A DNA stretch of 64,000 nucleotides. Origin: an uncultured delta proteobacterium (GTDB lineage: Bacteria; Myxococcota_A; Polyangia; Polyangiales; Polyangiaceae). The stretch covers positions 989,297 to 1,053,296 of the forward strand of contig CAWHDJ010000018.1 of the NCBI GenBank assembly GCA_963827955.1, written 5' to 3'. Made by a program: the position numbers and the translations under genes. Under the pieces are notes generated by a model. The model had not been told where the DNA came from, did not search any database, and worked only from the letters and a program-made list of their open reading frames with translations. Shown here one piece after another: positions 9,477 through 21,400 of this stretch. Position 1 is the stretch's first letter; each line of letters begins with the position of its first letter.

Positions 9477-10495
9477 GAAGCCTCCTCGCTCACATACGAA
9501 GTGGCCGGGAGCCAGTCGCACCCCGTTGCCTTCGTGGCGCGCTCTGCCCGGCCGCACACCGGACACGGCATGCGCCGAGGGCGGTAGGGGGTCTCGATGT
9601 AGACGGCCAAGGGCGGCGCGCGGTAGCTGCCGTCGGGGAGCGTCCTGAACCCCATGATGGACAACTTCTTCCCGGCCTTCGTCGGCGGCTTGTTCGCCTC
9701 GAGCGCGGCCGTGCGCGCGAAGTCCCGGGGCAGCTCCCGCGCGAACGTCTGCCAGTCGCCGCGCGAGCCGTACGGGCAGAAGGTGCACGCGCTCTTCCGG
9801 GGCACGGGGAAGCCGAGGCGCTCGATGAGCGCTTGGCCCCGGCAGCGACACAGGTTCCGCTCGATCAACGGGAAACGGTTGTGGCGTCGGGCTTGGCCGG
9901 GCCGCTGTGCGCGTCGCCCGCCGGCGTTGGGGTCGTACGCCGCCCGCCCTTCCTCCGCTGCGTCGAACCCCACCCAGACCTCCACGTCGAGGCCGGAGAA
10001 GCGGTCGTCCATCCACCGCTCGAACCGCTCCACCTTGCCGACGATGGTGCAAATGCGGTCGGGGCCCGAGACGGGGATCTGGCGGCGCTCCTCCAGCCAG
10101 GCAAAGAGGGAGCGGCTTTCCCGCACGGGGTAGCTCGTGGTGTCGAGCGTCAGGAACTCGATGCCCTGGGCGGCGCAGAGCGGCTCGACGATCTCCCGGA
10201 TGTGGCTGTATGTGCCCGGCCACTCGCCCGGGTCGCGGCGCGCGGCATCGCCCACGTCGACGAACACGCAGACGTCGGGCGGCTCTCTCTGCTCGATGGC
10301 GTCGAGCAGCATCGCGAAGCTGTCGAGGCCCCCACCGTAGGAAAGCACACGGGGGCGCCGTGGTGCTGGCGCGCTCGCCGCTCGCAGCAGAGCCCCGAGC
10401 GCGGACGGGGAGTGCTGGCCTTCCGCGCTCGCCGCCCGCAACAGAGCGCCGAGCGCGGACGGCTGTGCGCGCGCGGCGCCAGGCACGGCGCTCAT
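9473..10495 (-). CDS. PAPS-reductase family PP-loop protein, paralog A. Its N-terminus carries two copies of the 'SALGALLRAASA' peptide.
   Basis: 'VLSYGGGLDSFAMLL' is a PP-loop. Several Cys motifs are present (CRCRG, CTFCPY, CPVCG). The ATG at 10495 overlaps the methyltransferase stop (ATGA). Confidence 0.6.
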   Translation of the reverse strand: MSAVPGAARAQPSALGALLRAASAEGQHSPSALGALLRAASAPAPRRPRVLSYGGGLDSFAMLLDAIEQREPPDVCVFVDVGDAARRDPGEWPGTYSHIREIVEPLCAAQGIEFLTLDTTSYPVRESRSLFAWLEERRQIPVSGPDRICTIVGKVERFERWMDDRFSGLDVEVWVGFDAAEEGRAAYDPNAGGRRAQRPGQARRHNRFPLIERNLCRCRGQALIERLGFPVPRKSACTFCPYGSRGDWQTFARELPRDFARTAALEANKPPTKAGKKLSIMGFRTLPDGSYRAPPLAVYIETPYRPRRMPCPVCGRAERATKATGCDWLPATSYVSEEAS

Positions 10496-11265
10496 GCCGC
10501 ACTGCTCACACGCGGGCGGATCGCGCTCCGCGCCGGTGGCGTCAGGAGCCGGGCCTCTACCGCCACGCGGCACCAGTGGGGGACGATGTCCACGGCGATG
10601 CAGCGCAGGCCCATCGCCCGGCAGACCGTCAGCTCCGGCCCCGTGCCGAGATACGGCACGACGACGACGTCCCCCCGCCGGAGCTTCGCCCTCTCGCGGA
10701 ACACCCACTCGACGAGCGCTACCGGCTTCTGCGTCGGTCCGAGGTGCGCCACGCCCGTCTCGCTTGCGCGTGCGACGCCGCGCCAGAGATGCGTGAAGCG
10801 ACGGATGGGGGTGCGGAGGTTGGTCCACGCCAACTCACCGTCACCGCCGTCGTTGCTGCCCGTTTCGGCGCGCTTGTCCCAGAAGAGCCACCCGCGCTGG
10901 TCGGGGAGCCGGCTCGCATAGTGGTTGGCGCCCCAGAGCACGATCCGAGGGAAGTGGAGAAGGTGCGACGGGTCGAACGGACGATCGTTGCCAGCCATCG
11001 GAGGCCAATCGTTCGCGCGCGGCCTGCCTCGGCCGCCGACCAGCCGGCCCCCGCGCCCGCGCCGAGCGCCGTCGAACCGCTGGCGGGGATCGAACGGCGG
11101 GTCCGCATGGACCAGCGCCACGTCCTCGGGCCGGAGGCCGAGGGCGCGGAGCCGTCGCGGAACGACCTCGCGGCAGTCGCCGGCGTGCACTTCGATGTCG
11201 CCGTCGTTGTAGACGAGCCCCGCCTCGGCCCGCGCAGCGCGAAGCCGCGCGGCGAGGCCGGACAC
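10492..11265 (-). CDS. beta-class N6-adenine/N4-cytosine DNA methyltransferase (CcrM/M.PvuII-like arrangement)
   Basis: Motif order is 'VALVHADPPFD' (DPPY/F), then 'GPTQKPVALVEWV' (HPTQKP-like), then 'VVVPYLGTGPELTVCRAMG' (FxGxG-like). A GTG start with an AAGGTGG RBS lies just after the TAA of the upstream gene. Confidence 0.75.
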   Translation of the reverse strand: MSGLAARLRAARAEAGLVYNDGDIEVHAGDCREVVPRRLRALGLRPEDVALVHADPPFDPRQRFDGARRGRGGRLVGGRGRPRANDWPPMAGNDRPFDPSHLLHFPRIVLWGANHYASRLPDQRGWLFWDKRAETGSNDGGDGELAWTNLRTPIRRFTHLWRGVARASETGVAHLGPTQKPVALVEWVFRERAKLRRGDVVVVPYLGTGPELTVCRAMGLRCIAVDIVPHWCRVAVEARLLTPPARSAIRPRVSSAA

Positions 11266-11281
11266 GCGCCCGGCGCCCACC

Positions 11282-12404
11282 TTACGCCTTGCCCTTCTTC
11301 GCGAGCATCGCGAGCAGCTCCTCGACGATCGGGCGGCTCTCGGCGATCCATTGCACCAGGCTGCGCCGCATCTCACGCGTACCGCCCTTCTCGAGCCGCA
11401 CGCGGGTGTCTTCGACGTCGAGCGACATTTCGCCCGAATTCACGGGCCACGGCGCGGCCGGCAGCTTGGCGAGGAGTGCGCGAGCACGTCCTACGGCGTC
11501 CTTCGACGTCGCCGCCGCGGGCGTCGCCTTGTTGCTGGCCATGGACGCGTACCGCAGGCCCAGGGCCAGGGCGAGGCGGCCATTGAAGCTCAGGTCGCCG
11601 CTCGGGATGCCGGCTTGGTCGAGCATCTGCTCCGCAGACTGCTCGCTGCCCCGCCGCTTCCAGAGCTCCTCCGCGTCGTCCCGCGCCTTCCACCGTTTGC
11701 GAAACCCCGCAGCCCATTCTTCGTGCGTGCGAACGGACCGTGCCGCGTTCGCTTGGATGGCCGGCACCGCCTCGCCGGCGCGGTGCAGCCGCACCCGCAG
11801 CGCCCCCGCGAGACGAGCGCGGAGGTTGAGCCCTTCGCGCGCCACGCCGGCCTCGTCGAGGATCGCGTGCAGCCGCTCTTCCAGCACCGGGCACTGCCCG
11901 TCGACCTCGGGCTCGTCGGGGTAGTCTGGCGCCGGCATCGCCGGCATCGCCGGCGTCGCTGGCGTCGCCGGGGGCGCCGCGCTCTCTTTGGCTGCATGCA
12001 GCAGCGCCGAGAGCGGCGACGGAGCGGCCCCACCGACGGCCACATCCGGCGCCGGCGCCGCGGCGCGCTCAAGGGGGAGCGCCGCGGACGAGAGGACGGT
12101 CCCGCCTTCACCCCGCGGGCAGAGAGCAGCCTCGGCCGGCGTGAGGCTCTCGCTCTCCGGCCGGAGCTCGATCTCGTGGGCGTCATCGAGCGAGAGGAGC
12201 GCGCCGTGGATCGCGTCGAGGTCGAAGCCCTTGGCGATCAGCGCGCGCACCACGTCCGGGATCCGCACGACGAGCGAACGGGGATCCGCCTGGCGCCGCA
12301 GCTCGGCGAGGACGGGGAGCCGGGTTGGGCGTGCCCAGGTCACGGCCGGAGGCCCTCGTGGTCGAGATCCACGGCGTTCGCGATGAGAGGGCGGCGGCGG
12401 TTCA
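11282..12404 (-). CDS. hypothetical protein with an internal 'SPLSALLHAAKESAAP' motif. Apparent frame discontinuity near its 5' end; a likely ATG overlaps the stop of the giant gene.
   Basis: Protein-like from 'VTWARPTRLPVLAELRRQ...'. An alternative ATG-initiated frame ('MNRRRPLIANAVDLDHEGLRP') overlaps the TGA of the upstream gene. Confidence 0.45.
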
Positions 12405-15400
12405 TTTCGGGACGACCGTGCAGATCGTGGCCGGCTCACCCTGGCTGTTGACCCCTTCGCGCACGATGGTCGCGACGACCTCGGTCTTGACCTTGCCCCC
12501 CTTCGTCTTGACCTTGATCCTCTCGCCGGGCGTGGGGGCAGGTCCCTCGACCGCGATCCCCCATTTGTTGTAGCCGAGGCTCTTGTACTCCGCGAAGGGT
12601 CGCTCCACGGGCGTAGACGTGGCCCTCCCTGCTGCCGCAGAACCGGCCCGGCCCGGAGCGAGGTCCCCGAGGCCCATGGCGTCGAGCAGCGCGTTGACCA
12701 CGTGCGCCTGCCCGCGGACGGTGTAGGTCATGCCGACCCGTTTGGCGGAACCCTCCGGGTCGAAGATGACGCGGCCGTCGGGCGTCTGAAGCTCGTAACG
12801 GCCCAGCACCATCTGCATCGAGTTGCCGGGCAGCGCGCGGGCGGCGTCCTTGAAGACATCGTCGGCGAACACCATGTCGGACACGACTCGGACGTGCTCT
12901 GCGCCGGCTCGCGCGGGCGCCGGCGCCGGCCGCGGCACGAGGTCGCCCATGCCGAGCGCCTCCATCGTCGCGGCGAGCCCCTTGCCGTAGATCCAGTGAG
13001 AGACCCCGGATTGACCAGGAAACTCGACGCCGCGCATCCGGTCAAACTCGATGTCGCCCTGCGGGGTCACGACGGAGAACGCACCCAGCTCCAGCTCCTT
13101 GACCGTGTTGCCCGGCATGTCGCGAAGGATGCGGAGGAACTGCGTGTCGCCGTACAGCTTCTCGCCGCGGCGCTGGACGTGCTTCCTGAACTCGTCGGTG
13201 GGCTCCTCGGCGCGCCGCGGCAGGCTGTTCTCGTCGGGCTCCTCGAGACGCGGCGCCGGGGGCGTGCCCCCCACGTTGACCGGGGGCGTGGCGGGCCGGC
13301 GCACGATGACCGAGGGTTGGACGCCCGCGGCGGGCGCCGTAGAGCGGTCTACCCGGATGGTCGCGATGAAGGCGTCGAGCGCCGCTCTCACGTCTGCATC
13401 GCTCTTGCCTTGTGCGACAGCGGTCTTCGCGACGGCGGCGATCCGAGGCGTGTCCAGCAGGTTGACCTGCACGCCTTGCAGCGCGGCTTGAGCGAGGCGG
13501 TTCGCGCGCCTCTCCTCCGCCGCGGAGAGCGCCGTGCGCCGCGCGCCGCCCGCCTCCCCCCGCTCGGGTGCGGTAGGCGCGGTCGGCGCCGCCGAGATGA
13601 CCTCGTGGTGCGGATTGCGGAGGCGCGTGATGACCTCGTGGAGCGCGTCCCTGAACAGGTCGGTCGAGACGGCGCCGGGGGAGGTGACGGCCGCCTCCAA
13701 CTGTTTGATCGCCGCCTCGACGTCGGGGACCACCAGCGTGTTGCCCTCCATCGCCCCCGGAAGGAAACGCGCGACCGCCGCACGCTGCACGGTGCTCAGT
13801 CCCTCCAGCCTGGTCCCCGCGCCCGCACGTACCGCCGCAGAAGCCGCGGGCTCAGGCCCCCCACCAACGCGTGCCGCGACAGGGGCAGCGGGCGCCGAGC
13901 GCCGAGCGGCGGCGCTGGGTCCCGTCTCGTCCGCGTCCGTCTCGCCGGCCTCCTCCCTGCCGGTCTCCGCCTCGCCGGTCTCCGCCCCGCCGGTCTCCGC
14001 CTCGCCGGCCTCCGCTCCGCCAGCCTCCGCCTCGCCGGCCTCGGCTCCGTCGGTCTCCGCCTCGCCGGCCTCCGCTCCGCCGACCTCAACCTCGCCAGCG
14101 TCCTTCTTCTTCTTCGCCTTCAGCAAGGCAGCCCTGGCAGCCTTCTGCTCGGCCGTCGCGCCGGAGAGCAGATCGGACGGCAAGCCCAGGGCCCACCAGT
14201 ACCGGGCGCACGCCAACAGCGCGCCGTAGGAAGCATCCGAGATCGGCGCGAGCGCCAAGAACTCTTCGTAGCCGGCCCGGGTGGGCGGGAGGATCGCGTC
14301 GAGCCGCTGTTTCACGCCGACGGTGAGCACGCCGCCGCGAACACCGGGAACCTCGAGCTTGTCGGCGTCGAGGGTGAAGCGGTCTTGGAGGTCGTTTAGA
14401 TGGGACGTGATGTCGGCGCCGTAGCGGGCCCACATCTTCGTGACCCACTCGTCGGTCGCATCCACCCAGTTCAGCTCCCGCAGGACCTTCTCGGTGGTCG
14501 TGGAGAGATGACGCGCGAGCTTGGGCAGGATCTCCCCCCGCATGACCCCGTCCATGCGCACCTCATCGTCCGCCGGCCAGTCGCTCGCGTCCGTGATGCG
14601 GTGCTCGGGGAGCAGGTGCAGCTCGCCGATCTGGGCGAGCCTGACGACGCGCCACTCCACCTGACCGACCGACCGAGCGCCGATGGTGTAGCCGTCGCGG
14701 ACCCTGCCGTACTCGTCGAAATTGAGCACGCGGTGGTCGCGATCGTCAGGGCTCTTGGTGCGCAGTCCCTCGTAGAGAGGCGCGACGGCCTTCTCGTAGA
14801 CCTTGACCAGCTCGGAGGTCCCGCTGGGGGTCTCCCTGTTCTCGGTCTTCGACGTGGGCACGAAGACCAGCATCGTGTGGTCGCGCGCCGCTTGGGCCCA
14901 CTCTCCCCAGGGCCATACCTTGGGGTCGACCCGGGAGACGTCGGCCAGGCGCAGCTCGCCTTCGGCCCGGAGGCGATTGGCCCTCCCAAGCTGCTGCTCG
15001 GCTTCTCGCGGTGCGTTGCCGCATCGGTCGAATTGTGGCGTTCCGGCTTCCGGTTGGGCCTCGGCCCATTCGGCGGGCAGGTTGAGCAGCTCCCCGACCT
15101 TGAGCGGCTTCCACGCCGGCTCGTGCTTCTTCTTCCTCTTCCGCGGGTTCACGCGGTCGAGCTCCTCCTCCCAGTTGTCGCGGTGGTAGGCCCCGAGCTT
15201 TCTCGCGATCGACACCTTGCTGTCCCCGGGCCTTACCCGGTACAGCGCTTGCTCTTCCGTCTTCTTCTCCTGCTGCTGCCTGGTGCCCTGGGCCTCGATG
15301 CCGGGCCGGTCCGCGGCGCGTGCCATGCTGAAGAAGAACCCCGCCGTGCGGAGCGTCGCCGAAGCATTCGCAGCGGTCTTCGCGTCCTGCTCGGCCTTTC

Positions 15401-18400
15401 TCTTGGCCTCCACCGCCGCGAAGAGGAGCCGCGCCTTGACGGGATCGCACGCGATCATCGCGAGGATCTCTTCCGGCCCCATGTTCATTTGCGCGCCGGG
15501 GTTGTTGGTCTCGCGCGCTTGCCCCTCGATGAGGTCCGCCATCCAGGCCCGCTTGCCCTGGATGAGCGTAAACTTCATGGAGTCCGGGAAGCACTTCATC
15601 ATGAAGTAGTAGATTTCGACCCGGGAGAACTGGTTTCCCTGTCGCCAGGCGCGGCCATTTCGCTGCTGAAGCGTCGCAGGGTCCCAGGGCAGGTCCACGT
15701 GATAGACGCGGCACGTGCGCCTCTGGAGGTTGATGCCTTCATACGCCACCTGATTCGCGATCACGACGTCGTACTTCGGCTCCACGGCGGGGAACGTGGT
15801 CGGCATACCCGTCGCCGGATCCAAAAACGTGAGCTCGGGCGTGCCGTTGAAGTCGGCGGCGATCCGCTGGCGCGCGTCCGCCGAATGCTCGGGGTTGTGG
15901 GGGTCGGCGTTGAGGATGGCGATGCGGGACCTGTCGATGCCCGCTTCCTCGAGCACCATGCGGAGCCACACGTGCGCCGCGATGCTCTCGACGAAGACGA
16001 TATGGCCGCAATCGGGTCGCTCCAGGATCAGGTCCCGTACGGCCCGGAACTTCGGGCTGCTTGGAGAGCGGACGCTCTCCGCGTTCTCCCAATTCCAGAG
16101 CGCCTCGAACACCGGGGCGCCGGTATCCTTGTCCACGCCGACTTGCTTGCGGTCGTCCAGGTTCGCGTGGATACCGACGAGCCCGAGCAGCGCCAGCAAG
16201 CCGAGCGGGTTGCCCAGCTTGGGGTTCGCGAGCATCGCCTCGATCCTCTTCGCGTAGTCGAGGCGCTTGCGCTCCTGCTCGTCGTCGCCGACGACCTGAA
16301 TCTGGCGCGAGATCGGCTTCGGGAGCTTGAGCCCCTCGTCGAGGCCGATGGCGAGCGGGTAGCCCATGCGATCGCACACGTTGCCGAGCAGATCGAGCCA
16401 CGTCCTGCCGTCCCCGAGCCGGTGCTGCGCGAGGGCCACGTTGCGCGCTGCCGCCTTGAGCCTGGGAGTCTCGTCCTCGGGCGGCTGGAGGGCGTTGCCC
16501 TCCGAATCCGGTGTCTCCTCCGGGACGAGGCCCCGTGCGGCCTGGATGCCCTTCTCGACGTCGACGGAGGCCCAGCCCCATACCCGAGCGATTCCGTCGA
16601 CCGATCGTCCCTGCTTGTCGGTGAGCTCCAGCCACGCCGCGTGCCGCACCGGCGCGCCGGCCTTCTCCACGTCCTCTGCGGTCTCAAATTCGCCGTACCA
16701 GAAGATGGTGTCGCGCAGCTCGTGCAGGTTCATGAACCCCACGCAGGCGGATGCCGTCTTGGCGTTGCCCACCATGTCGACGACGATCTTCGTCTCAAGG
16801 CGGCAGTAGCGGTCGATGAACTGCTCGGGGTCCTCGATACCCTGACGCGCGAAGGCGTCGTGGGCGATGTACTGAATGAGGTTGTAGAACTCGAGCGGCG
16901 AATTTTTCGCGGGCGTTGCGGAGAGGAGCACCACGCCCGCGCCGCCGGAGCGCCGGCGCACGGTCATGGCACGGAAATCAAGCTGCCACGCGCGGTTGGA
17001 GCCCTCGCCCGCCGCCCCCATAAATTTCGGCACGCCGAATTCTCGCGGCGCGGGCAGATAGAGATTTTTGTAATTCTGCGCTTCGTCGACGATCAAGAGG
17101 TCGACGCCGAGCTGGTCCCAGGTGAGCCCCGGGTCGAACCTCTGGCCCTTGGGGAGTTGGAGCTTGCTCGCGACCCACCCCGCCGTGCTCTCCTTGAGCA
17201 CGACCTCCTCGCGCTCCGTCAGGCCGTCGTCGCTGCGCTCGTCCTCATCCTCCTCGTCAACCTCGACCTCGCCGCCGGGGCCGATCTTGCCGCCGATCTC
17301 GGTGTCCTTACCGCTGGTGCGGCCGGGGTGCTTCGCGGCGTTCCTGCGGCGGAGCACCAGATTCCGCTGGATCGCGGCGGTCTGCTCGACGTAGTCGACG
17401 ATGTCCCCCGCGACATCTTCGTGCGGATGAACGACGAGTACGTGACCAACATGACGTCGAACTCGCCGGCTTGGAACCTCGTCCACTTTTCGGCGCGCTC
17501 TTCGGGCGTGTCGGTCTCGCTGGTGTGTTTGCCGGTGTTGCGACCCGTGGAAATGACCTTGCGATTGGCCCCGATGACGCCGACCCGGTAGTCCGGGAGC
17601 GCCAGCGCAAGCTCCGCGACCCAGTTCCACACGATGCTGTTGGGGACGACGATCACGGGCCGCTTCGCCCAGCCTTCTTGGCGCGCTGCCGCGAGGATGG
17701 CGGCGCCCGTGTACGTCTTGCCGACCCCCACATCGAACGCGACGAGGCCGCCGCGGTTCGCCACGACACGCCGCGCGCCCGCGTTCTGGTGGGGCCTCAG
17801 CGTGACGCGGTTTCCCCACCGCGCGAGGGGCAGCGGGTCGATCGCGTAGCGCTTGGGCTTGTACCCCTGGAAGGCCCGCTGGTAGGCCCGTTCGATGATC
17901 TGCTTGCGACCTTCCGTGGCCGAGCACCAGGCTTTGAACGACTTGTTCCAGGCGTCGGCCTGCTCGACACGGATGTTGTCGATGTTGTCGTCCTTGTTCT
18001 TCTTCTGCGGGCGGAACAGGCTGCGGTCGTGGTTAATCCAGCCGAGGACGTTGCCGACGTCGTCCTGCCAACCTCCCTCGATGTCCTCGTAGTCCTTGCC
18101 GACTTCCTTGACGAGGCCATCCACGCGCTCCAGGCGCACCGTCCCGACCTTCGCCAGCGTCTCGATCCAACACTCGACGAGTTGGAGCGGGATCCACGCC
18201 TGCTGGGGGGAGAAGGAGTCCTTCGTGATGTCGTCGAAAAATGCCGGCTTGATGACGTCCAGAAGCCGCGCAACTTGGTCCGCGGCCTGCTCGTCCCCAG
18301 CGTCCGCGCGCTCCTTCGCGCGGTCGTGCTTGTCCCAAAGGTCGCCGGCGAAGTAGTCCTCGGGCGGCACGAGCTCGCCGGGACGGTCCTCGCACCAGCC

Positions 18401-21400
18401 TGCGTCGAACAGCGCCTGCAGGTCGTCTTCGACCTCCGAGGCGTGCAGGACGCGGTGCTGCTTGTAGAGGTGCGTGGACCACGCTACCGGGTCGTCCTCC
18501 GGCCCGGTGTAGGTCGGCTCCCACTTCGGCGGCGTGCGCAGCGCCTGAACGAGATTTGTCGACCCGCGCTCGTAGCCGGTCAGGAACTTCTGCGCGCCGG
18601 GGTCGTTGCCTTCGGTGGCGAGCTTCTGGAGGCCCTTGTCCTCCGACGGCGGCCCGTAGGTCTTCGACCACGCGGTCAGCGCGTCGTGCAACTCCCTCCA
18701 GGCCAGGAAGGGGGTCTCGCTCTTCTGTGCAGACACGCCCTCGAGGAAGGTGGCCAGCCGGGTGCCGAGGGCGGAGGCCAGCTTGAGCCGTGCCACGCTC
18801 CCCACCAGCGTCGCTGCCAGAGACTTCGGTCTCGGTGCAGGCGGCTCCGCGGGCAAGAGCGGCGCGTGGACGCAGCCGGCGCAGATGGGCCGTTCGCGGA
18901 ACGCGGGCAGGCCCTGGAACTCGCCGACGATCTCATAGCCGCCGCCGTAGCGCCCGTTGGGCTTCACGGTGCCCAGTACGTGGCTCGGATTCTCGACGAA
19001 GTAGTTGCCCTCGACGATGCTCTGGTCTGCATCGTCGATCGCCGAGCTCTTCCCATCCCGCGACTGCAGCACGCCCCCCCGCGAGCGGAAGAAAATGAGG
19101 TCGACCGTCACGAGGGCCTGCGGGAACAGGTTGCTCGGGAGCCGGAAGGCACACATGAGGTGATGCCGGAGCAGGACCGTCGCGCGGAGGTCCGTGGCGC
19201 CCGCACCCGTCATGAACCCCGAGGGGATCAGGAAGACGCCGATGCCATCCTTGGCGAGCAGATCGAGGGCGCGACGGAGGAAGTATTGCCAGGACTCCTT
19301 GTAGCCCGCGTAGTCGGCGCTGGTGTCCTCGTGCGCCGCTTCGCCTCGGACGCCATAGGGCGGGTTGGAAATGACGAGCCCGAGACGCCCGCGCCACTGG
19401 TCCTGGTTCTCCGTGACCCACTGCTCGAAGGGGCCCTCGAACAGGTCGAGCTTGGGCCGCATCGCGCGCAGGATCGCGGCCGAGACGTGGCTGAACTCGA
19501 CGGCGTGCCATCGGAGCTGCTCGTAACCCGGGCCCTCCATCGTCCGGGGGAACCGCCCGACTCCCGCGCTCGGCTCGAGCGCATCGATCGTGCCGTTACC
19601 GATGGTGGCCAGCGCGGGGAAGTAGGGCTGGAGAACGCGCCCTACTTCACTACACACCAGCGAGGGGGTATAGTATTCGTGGATCAGGCCACGCTCTTCC
19701 GCCTGCATCCCGGGCGGCATCCTCTGCACAAACTCCGCGAACGTGTGGCGCCGGCCCTTCTTCTCGCCGAGCCCGCCCCAGCCCGAGTACGCGCCCAGGG
19801 TCAGCAGCTCGGCGTCCGTGGGCGGCCGTGGATTCTTGTTCAGCTCGTAGGCGAGCCACATCGCCGCCAGGTTCGCTTCGCGCCTTGCCTGCTTCTGCCG
19901 GTGCTCCTCCGGCGTGCCCTCCGTGTAGACCCGCTCGAGGGTCTTCGCCGTGTCGAGGGGCAGCGGGCCCGCTCCGATCGCGGCCGCGACGGAAGCCAGT
20001 GCTTCCGGCGTGAGCGTGCGGGCCTCTCCAGGCGTGGCCGATGCGGGCGCTCGCACATCGGGCGTGGCCGCCGACGACCCCATCGCCGTGTTCACCCAGC
20101 GATCCGGCTCGCGCCCGCCCCCGCTGACGAGCTTGACGCGGCCCCGCGACACCAGCGCGCGGGCCGCCTTGCGGACCGCCTCGACGGCCGTGCCGAGCCG
20201 CTCCGCAAGCTCCGCGGAGGACCGCGGTGCGTCCAGCGTGGCTTCCAGCACCCGCTCCTCGAGCGCGCTCTGCGCCTCCGCGGATAGAGGCCGTGCCGAA
20301 GGCGCGGGCTCGGCCCCGGACCGCGCGGAGGGAACGCCCGCGGCGGCGGCGCCCGCAGCCGTGAGCATGCCGGCAAGCCGCGAGACGGACGCAGGTGCAG
20401 CCGCGGACGGTGCAGCCTCTGCCGGACCGGCCTTGGAGCGCTCAAGCGCCGCTCGTCTGATCTCCTGCCAGTCTGCGAGGCCGTGCTTGAGCACCTTCGC
20501 GGCTTCGCCGCTCTTGGTGAAGAGCGTGCCGATCTGCCGCTCGCTGCCGTCGAGGTCGCTGGTGGAGATCCACCATCCCATCCCCGGCCTGGCCTCGATA
20601 TGGAACACGGGCGGACGCGTACGAAGCGGATCCTGGGCGAGAGCGTACTCGAGCGCCGCCCGGACGCTCTTCCCAGCCTGGGCGAGCGCATCCCGCTGCG
20701 CGTCGGCGCTGCCCGCGGCAGCCGGCTCTTCGAAGACGAACTCAGGCCCCACGCCATCGGGCGACAGCACCTTGAACCCCTTGTCCGTCGGCACGACCAG
20801 CGTCTCGTCGGAGAGCGGCAGCCAGGTCACTTGCCCGTCGGACTTGCTGGTGGGGTCCTCGACCTTGAGACCGATCTCGTGCAGCCTCACCTGCTCAAGG
20901 ATGCGGGCGGAGGGCACCTGGGGGCCCCTTCCCCGGTCCACCAAGTAGAGCCGGGTCCCCTTGGGGAGATGCTTGAGCGCATCGACGGAGTTGATGAGCG
21001 GGAGGCCGGGCCGCGGGACACCGGGCGTCGCCGCCGCCGGCAGCTCGGAAGCACCGCCCTTGGGCACGCCTGGTCCGTGCTTCCGCGCGATCTTCATGAC
21101 CTCGTTGGCGAGCACCTCCGAGTCGTTCAGCGCGAGCTTGACGGCCAGGTAGACCCGCCGCGTTTTCTGGGGGATCTTCCACCAGTCGTCCTGCGCGGTC
21201 ATGTCGATGAGGCGATCGATTTCGAGCGCGGTCTCGTCATTCGCCAGGAGCGTCCTCAGAGCCCGCAGCTTCGGGGACACCGGGGGAGCTGCCACCGGCG
21301 CCGCAGCGACCTGCGCGAGCCGCTCATCGACGTGCATCTCCCTCAAGAGGAGCGTCATCGCTTCGGGGGGGCCGAAGACGGTGTGGGACCGCCCGACCTG

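Noticed and set aside
13941-14098. Short tandem repeats (13941-14098, 30275-30455, 53661-53765, 54690-54750) as possible CRISPR arrays
   Set aside because: The units are 15-21 nt with no unique spacers, all in frame inside CDSs, and they encode peptide repeats. No cas genes are present.
14400-17591. Long plus-strand ORFs (14400-17591, 17471-20287, 23380-28515, 6076-8136, 9907-11586, 31095-33197, 34711-36555) lying opposite the minus-strand operon
   Set aside because: They are antisense shadow ORFs, typical of 70% GC DNA. Their translations are Arg/Val/Gly/Leu-rich and carry no motifs. The opposite strand carries recognisable catalytic motifs (NPPY, Walker A, PP-loop, SpoIID).
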